Shown: positions 48,916 through 58,692 of the stretch, piece by piece
How the letters are laid out: each line of letters opens with the position of its first letter
How positions within the stretch are numbered: the stretch's first letter is position 1
NCBI GenBank assembly: GCA_041937175.2
Contig: CP166615.1
Coordinates: 1,920,001 to 1,984,000, forward strand
DNA from: Limnothrix sp. BL-A-16
GTDB lineage: Bacteria > Cyanobacteriota > Cyanobacteriia > CACIAM-69d
Direction: 5' to 3'
DNA length: 64,000 bases
Notes under the pieces: generated by a model
The model's database searches: none
Told to the model about the DNA's origin: nothing
The model's input: the letters and a program-made list of their open reading frames with translations, nothing else
Made by a program: the position numbers and the translations under genes

Positions 48916-50340
48916 ATGGTTGAAGCTGCTGCATTTTCTGAGCACCCAAATCCTGAAGATTTAGAAAACTTAGAAAATTTACAAAATCTAGAAACCCTTG
49001 AACAAGAAAAATTTGCAGCGTTAGAAGACTTACCAGAGCCGGAGGAATTGCCCGATCGGTCGGTGGCCAACGGCGATGACTTGCCCGATGATTTGGTGTC
49101 GGCCTTGGCGATGCCCTTGCGGGGCGCAAAATTGCCACCCATACCCACAACCACCCAGCAGCCGGCCGAAAAAACCTCAGCCGAAACAATAGCAACTGAG
49201 CATGACCCGGCTCAATTGCTCACCACTTTGGCAACCAGCTCGAAAGCCAGCGACGAAGTTCCCATGGCCGAGTTGCCGCCCCTGTCGCCGGAAGCAGCTA
49301 AGCTGGCGCGGGAATTGCTGACGGGAGCCGATCGCCCCGTGGCGGATCTGACCGGGGAACGGGGGCCCCAAGTGCGCCTCTGGATTCCGGGCGGGGTTGA
49401 ATTGACTGGATCTACTGAATCTGCTGAATCTGCGGAGACAGAATCCGCGACGGGTCAGGAATCGCCGCCAGCATCCCCAGCCGAATCCCAGCCAGAATTG
49501 CAAGGGGCTGCTCCTGAGGCTGTCGAGGCTGCCGAGATTAACCCTTCTGCCCAAAAGCCCTTCGAGGTCAAACCCTCCGAGATTAAAACAAACAACAACC
49601 AAGAGAGCGCCGATCGAACCCAACCGGTGCGCCTGGTGCTGCCGCCGGACTTTGTGGCCGAACAGCCCGATCGGGGCTTGGCCTGGACAGACTTGTGGCA
49701 ACAACTGATGCATCGGCTCTATGGGGGAGAACGGGGCTGGACACCTGATGACCCCGTTACGCTGCAAGCGATCGATCGGGCCTTGGAAGCCAGACAACTG
49801 AAGGCGATCGCCGAGGCGCTCCAGGAGGTGCAACTGCGGCTGACCCGGCTGGAAACCAACCATCCCGCCACCGCTGCCCTGGCGATCGAAATGGGCTATG
49901 CACTGCAGTTCACACCGCCCGCACCGACCCAGGAACCGATCGCGGCTAATCCTAATCTCGACCTTGCGCCCGATTGTTTGTATTTGGACAAAACCTTGCG
50001 ATCGGGGGTGGAAATTCGCTATCCAGGCACGGTGGTGATTCGCGGCGATGCCAACCCGGGCAGCGCGATCGCGGCCGGGGGCGACATCCTCGTTTGGGGG
50101 CGGCTTTGTGGCGTGGCCCACGCAGGCATCAACGGCAACGAAAGCGCCATCATCATGGCCCTGAACCTGGCGACCAATCAGGTGCGCATTGCCAGCCGCA
50201 CCGCCCGAGTTCCCGAGTCCAAGCTCGATGTGCCCTGTCCGGAAGTGGCCTACATTTCCGAAAAAGGGATCCGAATCTCGCCGGCCGCCGACTTTGCCAA
50301 AAATGAAGTGCGATCGCGCCTGGGGGAACCACCCGCCTAA
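48916..50340 (+). CDS. minC: septum site-determining protein MinC with long acidic N-terminal extension
   Basis: TLRSG.EI...G.VVI.GD.NPG..I.A.GDI.VWGRL.G.AHAG; precedes minD; start uncertain. Confidence 0.88.
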   Translation: MVEAAAFSEHPNPEDLENLENLQNLETLEQEKFAALEDLPEPEELPDRSVANGDDLPDDLVSALAMPLRGAKLPPIPTTTQQPAEKTSAETIATEHDPAQLLTTLATSSKASDEVPMAELPPLSPEAAKLARELLTGADRPVADLTGERGPQVRLWIPGGVELTGSTESAESAETESATGQESPPASPAESQPELQGAAPEAVEAAEINPSAQKPFEVKPSEIKTNNNQESADRTQPVRLVLPPDFVAEQPDRGLAWTDLWQQLMHRLYGGERGWTPDDPVTLQAIDRALEARQLKAIAEALQEVQLRLTRLETNHPATAALAIEMGYALQFTPPAPTQEPIAANPNLDLAPDCLYLDKTLRSGVEIRYPGTVVIRGDANPGSAIAAGGDILVWGRLCGVAHAGINGNESAIIMALNLATNQVRIASRTARVPESKLDVPCPEVAYISEKGIRISPAADFAKNEVRSRLGEPPA

Positions 50341-50488
50341 ACGCTTGCCTCAACCCCCGATCGCCCCTCGATCACCATGCTAAATTGAGGTGTCTTTGCG
50401 GGTTCCGCCCGATCGCACCGCCCTTGGCTGTTCTGAATCCACCCTTCTCGATCGACCCTTCAGCCGTTGTCAACTATCAGGCAATTCC

Positions 50489-51298
50489 ATGAGCCGCATC
50501 ATCGTAATCACCTCCGGCAAAGGTGGCGTAGGCAAAACCACCTGCACCGCCAACTTGGGCATGGCCCTGGCGCAACTGGGGCGAAAAGTGGCGCTAGTGG
50601 ATGCCGACTTTGGCCTACGTAACCTAGACCTGTTGTTGGGTCTGGAAAACCGCGTGGTCTACACCGCCGTGGAATATTTGGCCGGTGAGTGCCGCCTGGA
50701 GCAGGCCCTCGTGCGCGACAAACGACAGCCCCGATTGGTGCTGATGCCTGCCGCCCAAAACCGCACCAAAGAATCGGTCACCCCCGACCAAATGAAAGCG
50801 TTGGTTTTGACCCTGGCCAAAAGCTTTGACTATGTGTTGGTGGACTGTCCGGCGGGTATTGAAATGGGCTTCCGCAACGCGATCGCCGCCGCCCGCGAAG
50901 CGATCATCGTCACCACCCCCGAAATTGCCGCCGTGCGCGATGCCGATCGGGTGGTGGGCCTTTTGGAAGCGGAGGGCATCAAAAATGTTCGGTTGGTGGT
51001 GAACCGGCTGCGGCCGCAAATGGTGCAAGCCAACGACATGATGTCCGTGGACGATGTGCGCGAAATTTTGGCGATTCCGCTGGTGGGGATTTTGCCCGAC
51101 GATGAACGGGTGATCACTTCCACCAACCGAGGGGAACCGCTGGTGCTGTCCGAGCAAGTCTCCGTGCCCAAGATGGCGTTTAGTAACATTGCGCGCCGCC
51201 TGGAGGGTCAAAACGTGGAATTTTTAGACCTCACCGCCAGCCATGATTCCTTGCTGAAGCGGCTGAAGCGCTGGCTGAAGGGTAGCCCTCGCGGTTAG
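50489..51298 (+). CDS. minD: septum site-determining ATPase MinD
   Basis: TSGKGGVGKTT, DADFGLRNLD, DCPAGIE; amphipathic C-terminal helix. Confidence 0.97.
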   Translation: MSRIIVITSGKGGVGKTTCTANLGMALAQLGRKVALVDADFGLRNLDLLLGLENRVVYTAVEYLAGECRLEQALVRDKRQPRLVLMPAAQNRTKESVTPDQMKALVLTLAKSFDYVLVDCPAGIEMGFRNAIAAAREAIIVTTPEIAAVRDADRVVGLLEAEGIKNVRLVVNRLRPQMVQANDMMSVDDVREILAIPLVGILPDDERVITSTNRGEPLVLSEQVSVPKMAFSNIARRLEGQNVEFLDLTASHDSLLKRLKRWLKGSPRG

Positions 51299-51560
51299 CC
51301 TGGATGGGTTGGCCGCTCCTGATCGGCCGCTGGAAGCTTCCCTGACCGATGGCTAAGCTTTGGCCAAGCTGTCCAATCAATCTGGTGGTGTGTCTTGACC
51401 GTAGGGGCTGTTGCGATCGCCCGGGGCCCATGACCGGCGCAAAACCAATCAACGCCAATCAATCGGGCGGCTTTGGCTCCGTTGGCAACCAGCCCTCAAC
51501 CCACAACTCGTTTTTTCCCTCAGATCGCCCTTCGATCCAGCGCGCTGCGTTACCTGCGTC

Positions 51561-51959
51561 ATGTTAAGCGAACTTCTCGATAAACTTTTTGCCCGCGATC
51601 CCGACAGCCGCAGCGTGGTGAAACAGCGGTTGCAATTGCTGTTAGCCCATGACCGAACTGATCTTTCGCCGCAATCGCTCGATCGAATGCGCCAAGAGAT
51701 TTTGGATGTGATTTCTCGCTACGTGGAAATTGATAGCGAGGGATTGCAGTTCATGCTGGAAAACGACCTTCGCACCACGGCGTTGATTGCCAATGTGCCC
51801 ATTCGACGGGTGCGCCCGGACAATGAACCCTCGGAGGAAGCGGCCGCAGCCATGGAAACCCCGATCGAGCGTGTGATCCCGGAAGCCCCTGCTGAAGCGG
51901 ACGAAATCATCGATTTGGAATCTTTGCCGCTCGATGGGCCCACGGAAATTACCCCCTAG
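51561..51959 (+). CDS. minE: cell division topological specificity factor MinE
   Basis: S...[37 protein letters not shown]. Confidence 0.95.
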   Translation: MLSELLDKLFARDPDSRSVVKQRLQLLLAHDRTDLSPQSLDRMRQEILDVISRYVEIDSEGLQFMLENDLRTTALIANVPIRRVRPDNEPSEEAAAAMETPIERVIPEAPAEADEIIDLESLPLDGPTEITP

Positions 51960-52005
51960 CAAGGTGGATCAGCCAGTGTTGGGTAATGGCGATGCGGAAG
52001 GCCCC

Positions 52006-52755
52006 ATGAAACCGCAGAAGGGCAGTCAGTCCCAATCGGGGGAGGCAGTGGACAAGGGGGAAACAACGACCTTGGCCACGGTGCGATCGCGCTGGGTGCA
52101 GCGGCTGCGACACGATCGCGCGATCGCCGTGATTCGATCGCACAACTGGCTTCAGGGGTTAGCCATGGCCCAGGCGGCCGCCGAAGGGGGCCTGCGACTC
52201 ATTGAAATTACTTGGAACAGCGTTCGACCGGCGGAGTTGGTGGCGGAACTGCGCGATCGCTTGCCCCATTGCCAAATTGGGGCCGGCACGCTGTTGGATG
52301 CGGCCATGGTGCGGGAAGCGGTGGCGGCGGGGGCCCAATTTGGCTTTGCGCCCTTTGGCGACTCGGGGGCGATCGCGGCGGCGGTGGCGGCCGGCATCCC
52401 GATCGTGCCGGGAGCCTTGACCCCCACGGAAATTGCCCAGGCTTGGCGGGCCGGAGCCAGCAGCGTTAAGGTGTTCCCCATTTCTGCGGTGGGCGGAGCA
52501 GCCTATGTGCGATCGCTCGTGCCCGTGTTGCCCATGCCGCTGATTCCCACCGGAGGGGTCACTTTGGCCAATGCGGCGGAATTTTTGGCGGCCGGGGCGA
52601 TCGCGATCGGCCTGTCGGGGGAACTGTTTCCAGCGGAAGCCGTGGCCGCTGGTCGTTGGGATCACGTGCGCGATCGGGCCCGTCGCTTGGCTGAACAGGT
52701 GGCCCCCCACTGTCTCCCAGAGACGACCCCGCCTCTCGAAGATCTCCGCCCCTAG
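52006..52755 (+). CDS. eda: KHG/KDPG aldolase
   Basis: IEIT, IGAGT, PGALTPTE, VKVFP, PTGGV; start uncertain. Confidence 0.85.
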   Translation: MKPQKGSQSQSGEAVDKGETTTLATVRSRWVQRLRHDRAIAVIRSHNWLQGLAMAQAAAEGGLRLIEITWNSVRPAELVAELRDRLPHCQIGAGTLLDAAMVREAVAAGAQFGFAPFGDSGAIAAAVAAGIPIVPGALTPTEIAQAWRAGASSVKVFPISAVGGAAYVRSLVPVLPMPLIPTGGVTLANAAEFLAAGAIAIGLSGELFPAEAVAAGRWDHVRDRARRLAEQVAPHCLPETTPPLEDLRP

Positions 52756-52970
52756 GCCAACTGCCCGGCGACATTCTGGCCAATCAACCGGATATACCAG
52801 AAAATCAACTGGGAAACCGATCATCTTTCAAGCACTTCGTGGCCCCAATCATTGGCCCCACGAAAATTGCCCGGTTAAAATGCGAAACAATCTGCTCGAT
52901 CGCTGTGCTGCGGACTTGGCAGATTTTTTTGCAGACTTGGCAGATTTTGCAAATTTTTTTAGGAACCTCC

Positions 52971-53723
52971 ATGACAGGGCTGCTGGCAAAACTCGATGAC
53001 ACCCGCGATCGAGTGGTCGATCGCACCCGAGAACTCAGACAACGGCCGCCCCAATGGTTGCGTCGGCCCAAGTTTTTGATTGCGGGGGCACTGGTGACCT
53101 TTGCCGCCTCCTGGGCCGGGGCCCAATCCAGCGCCGCTCACTACTACTTCGATCAGTGGGAGCGGGCGCAACTGACCAAAACCCTGGCCGCTTTGAACCA
53201 ACCCACGCCGGATCAGCAACCCCGCTGGGCCGCCATCACCGATCAACGCTGGAGCTTTTTGGAGCGATCGACCCGGGCCATGGCCCAAGCCGCCAGCACC
53301 GGCCTGGTGAACTTTAAGGAACTGCCCTTTAATCCCAAGGCATCGATGGCAATTCTGAAGCGGCTGGATAATGTTCGTTGGCTCCAGGTCGATATTGGCA
53401 ACCAACGATTAACCGCCTGGGAAGGAAATCGCCAAGTCCGCACGGATGCGGTTTCCACCGGCAAAGCCCGCACACCCACCCTGCCCGGCACCTGGACGAT
53501 TTACACCAAGCTGCGATCAACCCGGATGCGCGGCCCCGGCTATGACGTGCCCAATGTGCCCTACACGATGTATTACGACGGGGGCTATGGCATCCATGGA
53601 GCCTACTGGCACAACAACTTCGGCACACCCATGAGCCACGGTTGCACGAACCTCCCCGTGTCTACCTCCCGCTGGTATTTCAACTGGGCAGAGGTGGGCA
53701 CGCCTGTGGTGGCCCATCGCTAG
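52971..53723 (+). CDS. L,D-transpeptidase (YkuD family)
   Basis: VSTGK..TPT..G, GIHGAYWHNNFGTPMSHGCTN. Confidence 0.92.
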   Translation: MTGLLAKLDDTRDRVVDRTRELRQRPPQWLRRPKFLIAGALVTFAASWAGAQSSAAHYYFDQWERAQLTKTLAALNQPTPDQQPRWAAITDQRWSFLERSTRAMAQAASTGLVNFKELPFNPKASMAILKRLDNVRWLQVDIGNQRLTAWEGNRQVRTDAVSTGKARTPTLPGTWTIYTKLRSTRMRGPGYDVPNVPYTMYYDGGYGIHGAYWHNNFGTPMSHGCTNLPVSTSRWYFNWAEVGTPVVAHR

Positions 53724-54379
53724 GGGCGATCGAGGCTGGTTGGATCTGGATCCCGCACCCACAGGGCCAAACCGCCACTGCGCCCCCGAGCCGCCAGCCC
53801 CGATTCACCGGCCCAACAGAACGCAAAAAAGGGCAAATAACCGATCGCCCGGCGGTTAAATGGCTCCTGGGTCAGGGCCTTTGTGGCTGGCCGTTCGCCC
53901 CGGACTGGGCCGCGATACACCACCCGATCGCCAAGCCCGATCGCCAGTTCCAAAAAATCAAAAGCCAGTAAATTTCGTTGGCCCACCCAACGGGCTGGGC
54001 CAGAAAACTCCATAAAAATTGGCCCCACCTGCACTCGGTTGGTGATCCGGGCGATCGCCCCCGTGGCTTCGTTGGCCAAAAAAGTCAGATAGGCCGGGGC
54101 AAAGGCTGGAAAGTAAAACCCCCGATCGCGCTGGGCCGACTTTTTGGGCGACACCACCCCCAAGCGCCAGCGACCCACCAGCGACCCTTCCGAGAGCTGC
54201 ACCCGATCGCGGCGGGTTTGGGTTTCCACGGTTTTCAGCGCGGTCACCACGGCGGCCGGCCGCGGGCGCTCAGGCTCAGACTGGGGATTTTGAATCGATC
54301 GCGCCGTCTGTTCCAGCAGTTGCGCGGCGGCCGGTTGCATTGCGATTTCGGTTGCCATGATGGAGGCGGTCATAGTCAT
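53720..54379 (-). CDS. conserved hypothetical protein, fibrillin/lipocalin-like
   Basis: L.G.WRL, LAFDF, FF.F.W...AARGRSGGLALW. Confidence 0.65.
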   Translation of the reverse strand: MTMTASIMATEIAMQPAAAQLLEQTARSIQNPQSEPERPRPAAVVTALKTVETQTRRDRVQLSEGSLVGRWRLGVVSPKKSAQRDRGFYFPAFAPAYLTFLANEATGAIARITNRVQVGPIFMEFSGPARWVGQRNLLAFDFLELAIGLGDRVVYRGPVRGERPATKALTQEPFNRRAIGYLPFFAFCWAGESGLAARGRSGGLALWVRDPDPTSLDRP

Positions 54380-54482
54380 ATAGCCATAGTCAATAATAGT
54401 TCTGCTCTTCGGGATGCCAACGGCTCCCGGCCACCCCTCCTCAATCTGCTATTCCTTCTCGATCCGCCATGCATATCTCGCC

Positions 54483-55313
54483 ATGAATATTTTGATTAGC
54501 AACGATGACGGGATTTTTGCCCTGGGCATTCGCGCCCTTGCCAATGCCTGCGCCGAAGCGGGTCACCAAGTGACGATCGTCTGTCCCGATCGGGAACGTT
54601 CCGCCACGGGGCACGGCCTGACGCTTCAGGATCCCATTCGCACGGAACTGGTTCCCAACCTGTTTCACCCCAGCATCACCGCTTGGGCCTGTTCTGGAAC
54701 GCCTGCTGATTGCGTCAAGCTGGCCCTGGGGGCCCTGCTCGATCGCAAGCCCGATGTGGTGCTGTCGGGGATTAACCACGGCCCCAACCTGGGAACCGAT
54801 GTGCTCTACTCGGGAACCGTTTCGGCGGCCATGGAAGGCCTGTTGGAGGATATTCCCAGCTTTGCCTTCAGCCTGGCCAAGTTTGGCCATCTTGACTTCA
54901 GTGCCGCCGCCGAGTTTGCCGTGCAAGCGGTGGCCCAACTGATCGCCCAGCCGCCCGCCCGGCCCATGCTGCTGAATGTGAATATTCCAGCGCCCGACGG
55001 CCCGATCGCGGGTGTGCAGCTCACCAAACTCGGCTTCCGGCGCTATCACGATCTGTTTGAAAAGCGGGTGGATCCCCGTGGCCGCACCTACTATTGGCTG
55101 TCGGGAGAAGTGCTTGAAGAAATTGACCCGGAAACCATGCCCGGGGGCCAAACTTCGCCCCTGATTACCGATGTGCAAGGAATTCGGCAAAACTACATCA
55201 CCCTCACTCCCTTGCATTTCAATTTGACCGATTGGGCGGAGATGCCCGCCTGGCAACCTTGGATCGATCGACTGGCCGAAAGTTACGGGCCCGTGCCTAA
55301 TCCCGCAGGCTAA
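54483..55313 (+). CDS. surE: 5'/3'-nucleotidase SurE
   Basis: [33 protein letters not shown]. Confidence 0.96.
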   Translation: MNILISNDDGIFALGIRALANACAEAGHQVTIVCPDRERSATGHGLTLQDPIRTELVPNLFHPSITAWACSGTPADCVKLALGALLDRKPDVVLSGINHGPNLGTDVLYSGTVSAAMEGLLEDIPSFAFSLAKFGHLDFSAAAEFAVQAVAQLIAQPPARPMLLNVNIPAPDGPIAGVQLTKLGFRRYHDLFEKRVDPRGRTYYWLSGEVLEEIDPETMPGGQTSPLITDVQGIRQNYITLTPLHFNLTDWAEMPAWQPWIDRLAESYGPVPNPAG

Positions 55314-55353
55314 TCCATCAGGTCAATTTCCCAAGAATGGGTTAATCAACCGT

Positions 55354-55803
55354 TTAAATACCCCAAATTTGCAGAGAAACGGAGCGCGATCGGGGGCCGT
55401 CTAACTCAAACAGCAGCACCGATTGCCATTGCCCCAAACCCAAGACCCCATTCACCAGAGGAATCACCTGAGAGTTACTCAGGGCGATCGCCATCAGATG
55501 GGAATGGGCATTGATCGGTTCATCTTCCGGCACATCTCGCAAATGCAGATCATTGTGGCGATAGGAACCCATCGGCGGGGCCAAAGTTTTGAGCCAAACC
55601 TTCAAATCCTGCAACAATCGCACTTCATATTCATTCACCGCCAAGGCCGTGGTGGTATGCAAAGAAGAGACCAGAATTTGACCGTTTTGAGCACCGGTTT
55701 GGTGACAAAATTCGGCAACTTTTTCGCGAATTTCGGGAGTTAAATCATAGATTTCAATCCCTGAATCGGTGTTTCGTTTCAGGGTGTGGTGAACAATTTG
55801 CAT
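55354..55803 (-). CDS. yjbQ: YjbQ/UPF0047 family protein
   Basis: HTT.AL.VNE, Y.HN, NAHSHL, LG.WQ....ELDGPR.R. Confidence 0.9.
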   Translation of the reverse strand: MQIVHHTLKRNTDSGIEIYDLTPEIREKVAEFCHQTGAQNGQILVSSLHTTTALAVNEYEVRLLQDLKVWLKTLAPPMGSYRHNDLHLRDVPEDEPINAHSHLMAIALSNSQVIPLVNGVLGLGQWQSVLLFELDGPRSRSVSLQIWGI

Positions 55804-55939
55804 GGAGCTAAGGGAACGATGGGCAGAGAACGAAAAGAAAAATCAACAGAATCAAATCGGATCGAATAGGGCTGAATTGATTTGAATTGGGTTGATTTGA
55901 ATTGATTTGAATTGGGTTGATTTGAATTAACTTGGATTA

Positions 55940-56929
55940 CTAACTGGGCGGTAGTTCCAGGGGCAAATTACCCAACGCACCCTTCCGAAAGTCTTGCAAC
56001 AGGGTACGGGCCGCCCGTTCCCGATCGCCCTGATAACGAAATTCCGCCAACGCGGGCACATAGTCCTCGCCGTTCAGGAGTCCCGGGGCTAAGCCATAGC
56101 GTTTTTCCAATGCCCGATCGCCCGTCGATCGCGCCGCTGCCTTCGGGATTTCCGTGGCGATTTCTGTTAAAGATCCCGGCGAGGTTTCTGTCAAAGATTC
56201 CGGCAAAGTTTCTGGCGAAATATCCGCCGAGGTTTCGAGCGTCGGTTGCGGATCCAAATGCAACCCGCAGAGCAAATCCACCAAAGCCGCCGCCACCTTT
56301 TGGTTGTCGTAGGCCGCTTGGCCAATGTCGTCGCAAATGGCTAGCTTCACGGCCGCCGACTGATCCACCAAATTGGCGGGCAAAATACCCGGCGCATCTA
56401 GTAATTCCAACTCCGAAGAAATTCGCACCCACCGCAATTGGCGCGTTACCCCCGGTTTGGCCGCACTTTCCACCACGCGCCGCTTCACCAATCGGTTAAT
56501 CAGCGCCGACTTGCCCACATTCGGAAATCCAATCACCGCCGCCCGCACTGGCCGCGGCCGCATTCCCCGTTGCAACCGTCGCTCATTCACCCAAGCCGCC
56601 ACATCTTGGGCCGCATGGGCGATCGACTTCACCCCCTGGCCCTGGCGTGCATCGGTGAAATAGGGTGTTTCCCCTTGCGATCGCATCCATTGTTCCCAAT
56701 TTTGGCGAATGGGCCCCGGGATGGAGTCCACCCGATTCAGCACCAACACGCGGCCGGTTTTAGTGCCGGGGCGCTCCAGCCAACTTTGCAACTTTGGGTG
56801 ATGGGTGGCCAGGGGAATTCGTGCATCCCGCACCTCAAAAACCACATCCACCAATTTGAGTTGCTCCAGAAGGGCTTTTTCGGCTTTGGCAATGTGACCG
56901 GGATACCACTGAATGGTTGGGGTAATCAT
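55940..56929 (-). CDS. ylqF: ribosome biogenesis GTPase YlqF/RbgA
   Basis: IQWYPGHIAKA, DARIP, GFPNVGKS, PGVT, LLDAPG, DFRKG.LG. Confidence 0.95.
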   Translation of the reverse strand: MITPTIQWYPGHIAKAEKALLEQLKLVDVVFEVRDARIPLATHHPKLQSWLERPGTKTGRVLVLNRVDSIPGPIRQNWEQWMRSQGETPYFTDARQGQGVKSIAHAAQDVAAWVNERRLQRGMRPRPVRAAVIGFPNVGKSALINRLVKRRVVESAAKPGVTRQLRWVRISSELELLDAPGILPANLVDQSAAVKLAICDDIGQAAYDNQKVAAALVDLLCGLHLDPQPTLETSADISPETLPESLTETSPGSLTEIATEIPKAAARSTGDRALEKRYGLAPGLLNGEDYVPALAEFRYQGDRERAARTLLQDFRKGALGNLPLELPPS

Positions 56930-56963
56930 GGGCGGGCAAGGGTGGAGAAGAACTGGAAACGGG

Positions 56964-58451
56964 CTACTCGTTCATGTCTTTGTAGGTGGCGACGGCGGAA
57001 GGCGAAATGCGATTGAGATATCGGAAAATCCAATACTTAATCACAGCATCCAAAATCACCGGAAAGGTCGCAATAAACAAAAACATAAAGTCTTTATTTT
57101 CCGGTAGCCCCAGGTGTCGAGAAATGCCGCTGACCACCACTTCCCAGCCGTGGGCCGAGTGATATCCCACAAAGATATCGGTTGAAAGAATGATCACGAA
57201 GGCCTTAGCGCTGTCGCTCAGACCATACATAATCTCATCAATGAAGGACTTGAGAACGGCAATTTCTTCACGACTATAGGCAATGACTAGCCCAAAGCCG
57301 GCCAGGGACAGGAAATCGGAAAAGACGTTTTTGAGGGCATCGGCGCTGCGAACCCAGGATTCATTGGCAATTTCTTCGGCTTTTTCTTGAACTTTTTCCT
57401 CAATTTCTTCGGGGGTGAGTTTGGGGGTTTTGCCCAGCAAGGACTGGAAATGTAAGAAGTTTTCATAGCGCTCTAGCTCAACCATGGCTTCTTCTTGCAT
57501 GTCCATGTTGAGGAAGACGTTGTTGATGCCGGGGTGATAGACCCGATCGACGATCGGCCCTACCAGAAAGTTTTTGGACATCTGCTGCACCAACAGGGGC
57601 ACCAAAATTAGCAGCAAGATGAATTTGAGCGAAACGATCGTTCGCACTTTGGAGGTGCGATAGTTTTGCAGCACTTCTTCTTCGGAACGATCGTCCAGGT
57701 CGCGCCGCACGCGATCGAAGGTGGTGAGGAGCGATCGGGGAATGAGGCCAGTGCTGCCGGTGGCGGAGGGTTTGCGCATTCCGCCGGAGATGTTGCGCGT
57801 GGCCACGTTCAGGGCCCCGGCTCGCCAACTGGAGGGCCGCTTGGGGCGAATTTTGGCGGCGTTGGCCGCGGCCTGCCACGATCGGGACTGGTCTAGGGGC
57901 GCGGTGGTGGTGGGGGCGGTGACGGGGGGCGATTCCTCTGGGGTGGCGGGCAGGTTGTCGCTGTTGAGTTCCAGCCGATCGACCGATCGACCGTGGACAT
58001 AGCGATCCAAGATATTGTCGATTAGCTCCAGTTTTTTGAGCACGATGAAGGAGCGATCGCCCGGTTCCGAAAATCGCCGGCCGCTCGCGTCGGTGCTGGT
58101 GGCGATCGGGACGTTGGGATTGCTCAGTCCCGATTCCGTTTTGCGGCTGGGAATCCCGATCGTCTTGGTGCCAAAATCCAAAAAAGCATTGCTGCTGTTG
58201 AATTCCCACAACCGCACATCGATCATTTTCAGTTGTTTTTGCAGCTCGGTGCGAAAGTAATCGCAGGTGCTTTCGCCGTAGCGGGTGCTGTCGAGGTCGA
58301 TTGGATTGCCCTCGAAATAGCGATCTTCCAGGGCCCGAATGGCGAGGGCCGCTTCATAGGCCTGGTTGAGCGCCCGTTCTGGGGTGGACTCGTACCAACT
58401 CCCCGCATTCACCCAGAGCGATCGCAAACCCGGAAGCCACCGATTCTTCAT
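56964..58451 (-). CDS. pxcA: proton extrusion protein PxcA (CemA family)
   Basis: TPERAL.QAY.AAL, LSDSAKAF.IIL.TDIFVG.HS.HGWE, IATFPVILD, LNRISPSAVATY. Confidence 0.95.
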   Translation of the reverse strand: MKNRWLPGLRSLWVNAGSWYESTPERALNQAYEAALAIRALEDRYFEGNPIDLDSTRYGESTCDYFRTELQKQLKMIDVRLWEFNSSNAFLDFGTKTIGIPSRKTESGLSNPNVPIATSTDASGRRFSEPGDRSFIVLKKLELIDNILDRYVHGRSVDRLELNSDNLPATPEESPPVTAPTTTAPLDQSRSWQAAANAAKIRPKRPSSWRAGALNVATRNISGGMRKPSATGSTGLIPRSLLTTFDRVRRDLDDRSEEEVLQNYRTSKVRTIVSLKFILLLILVPLLVQQMSKNFLVGPIVDRVYHPGINNVFLNMDMQEEAMVELERYENFLHFQSLLGKTPKLTPEEIEEKVQEKAEEIANESWVRSADALKNVFSDFLSLAGFGLVIAYSREEIAVLKSFIDEIMYGLSDSAKAFVIILSTDIFVGYHSAHGWEVVVSGISRHLGLPENKDFMFLFIATFPVILDAVIKYWIFRYLNRISPSAVATYKDMNE

Positions 58452-58692
58452 ATTGCTCAAATCAAAGGCGGTTGAAATGCTGTGGCCTGAGATGCTGTGG
58501 CCAGCGATCGGGCTGACAAGTTAACATCGTTCCCTGACAAAGATTCAGGGAATTCCGAACCATGATTGAACCCCACGTAGTTGCGCAAAGAAACCCAAAG
58601 GGCAACCCGGGAACGGGGCTGGAGGGCTGGGGCTAGGGTAATCGTTTGGAATCACTGGGCGATCGGTATCATAGCAAAACCATCATTTTTCC

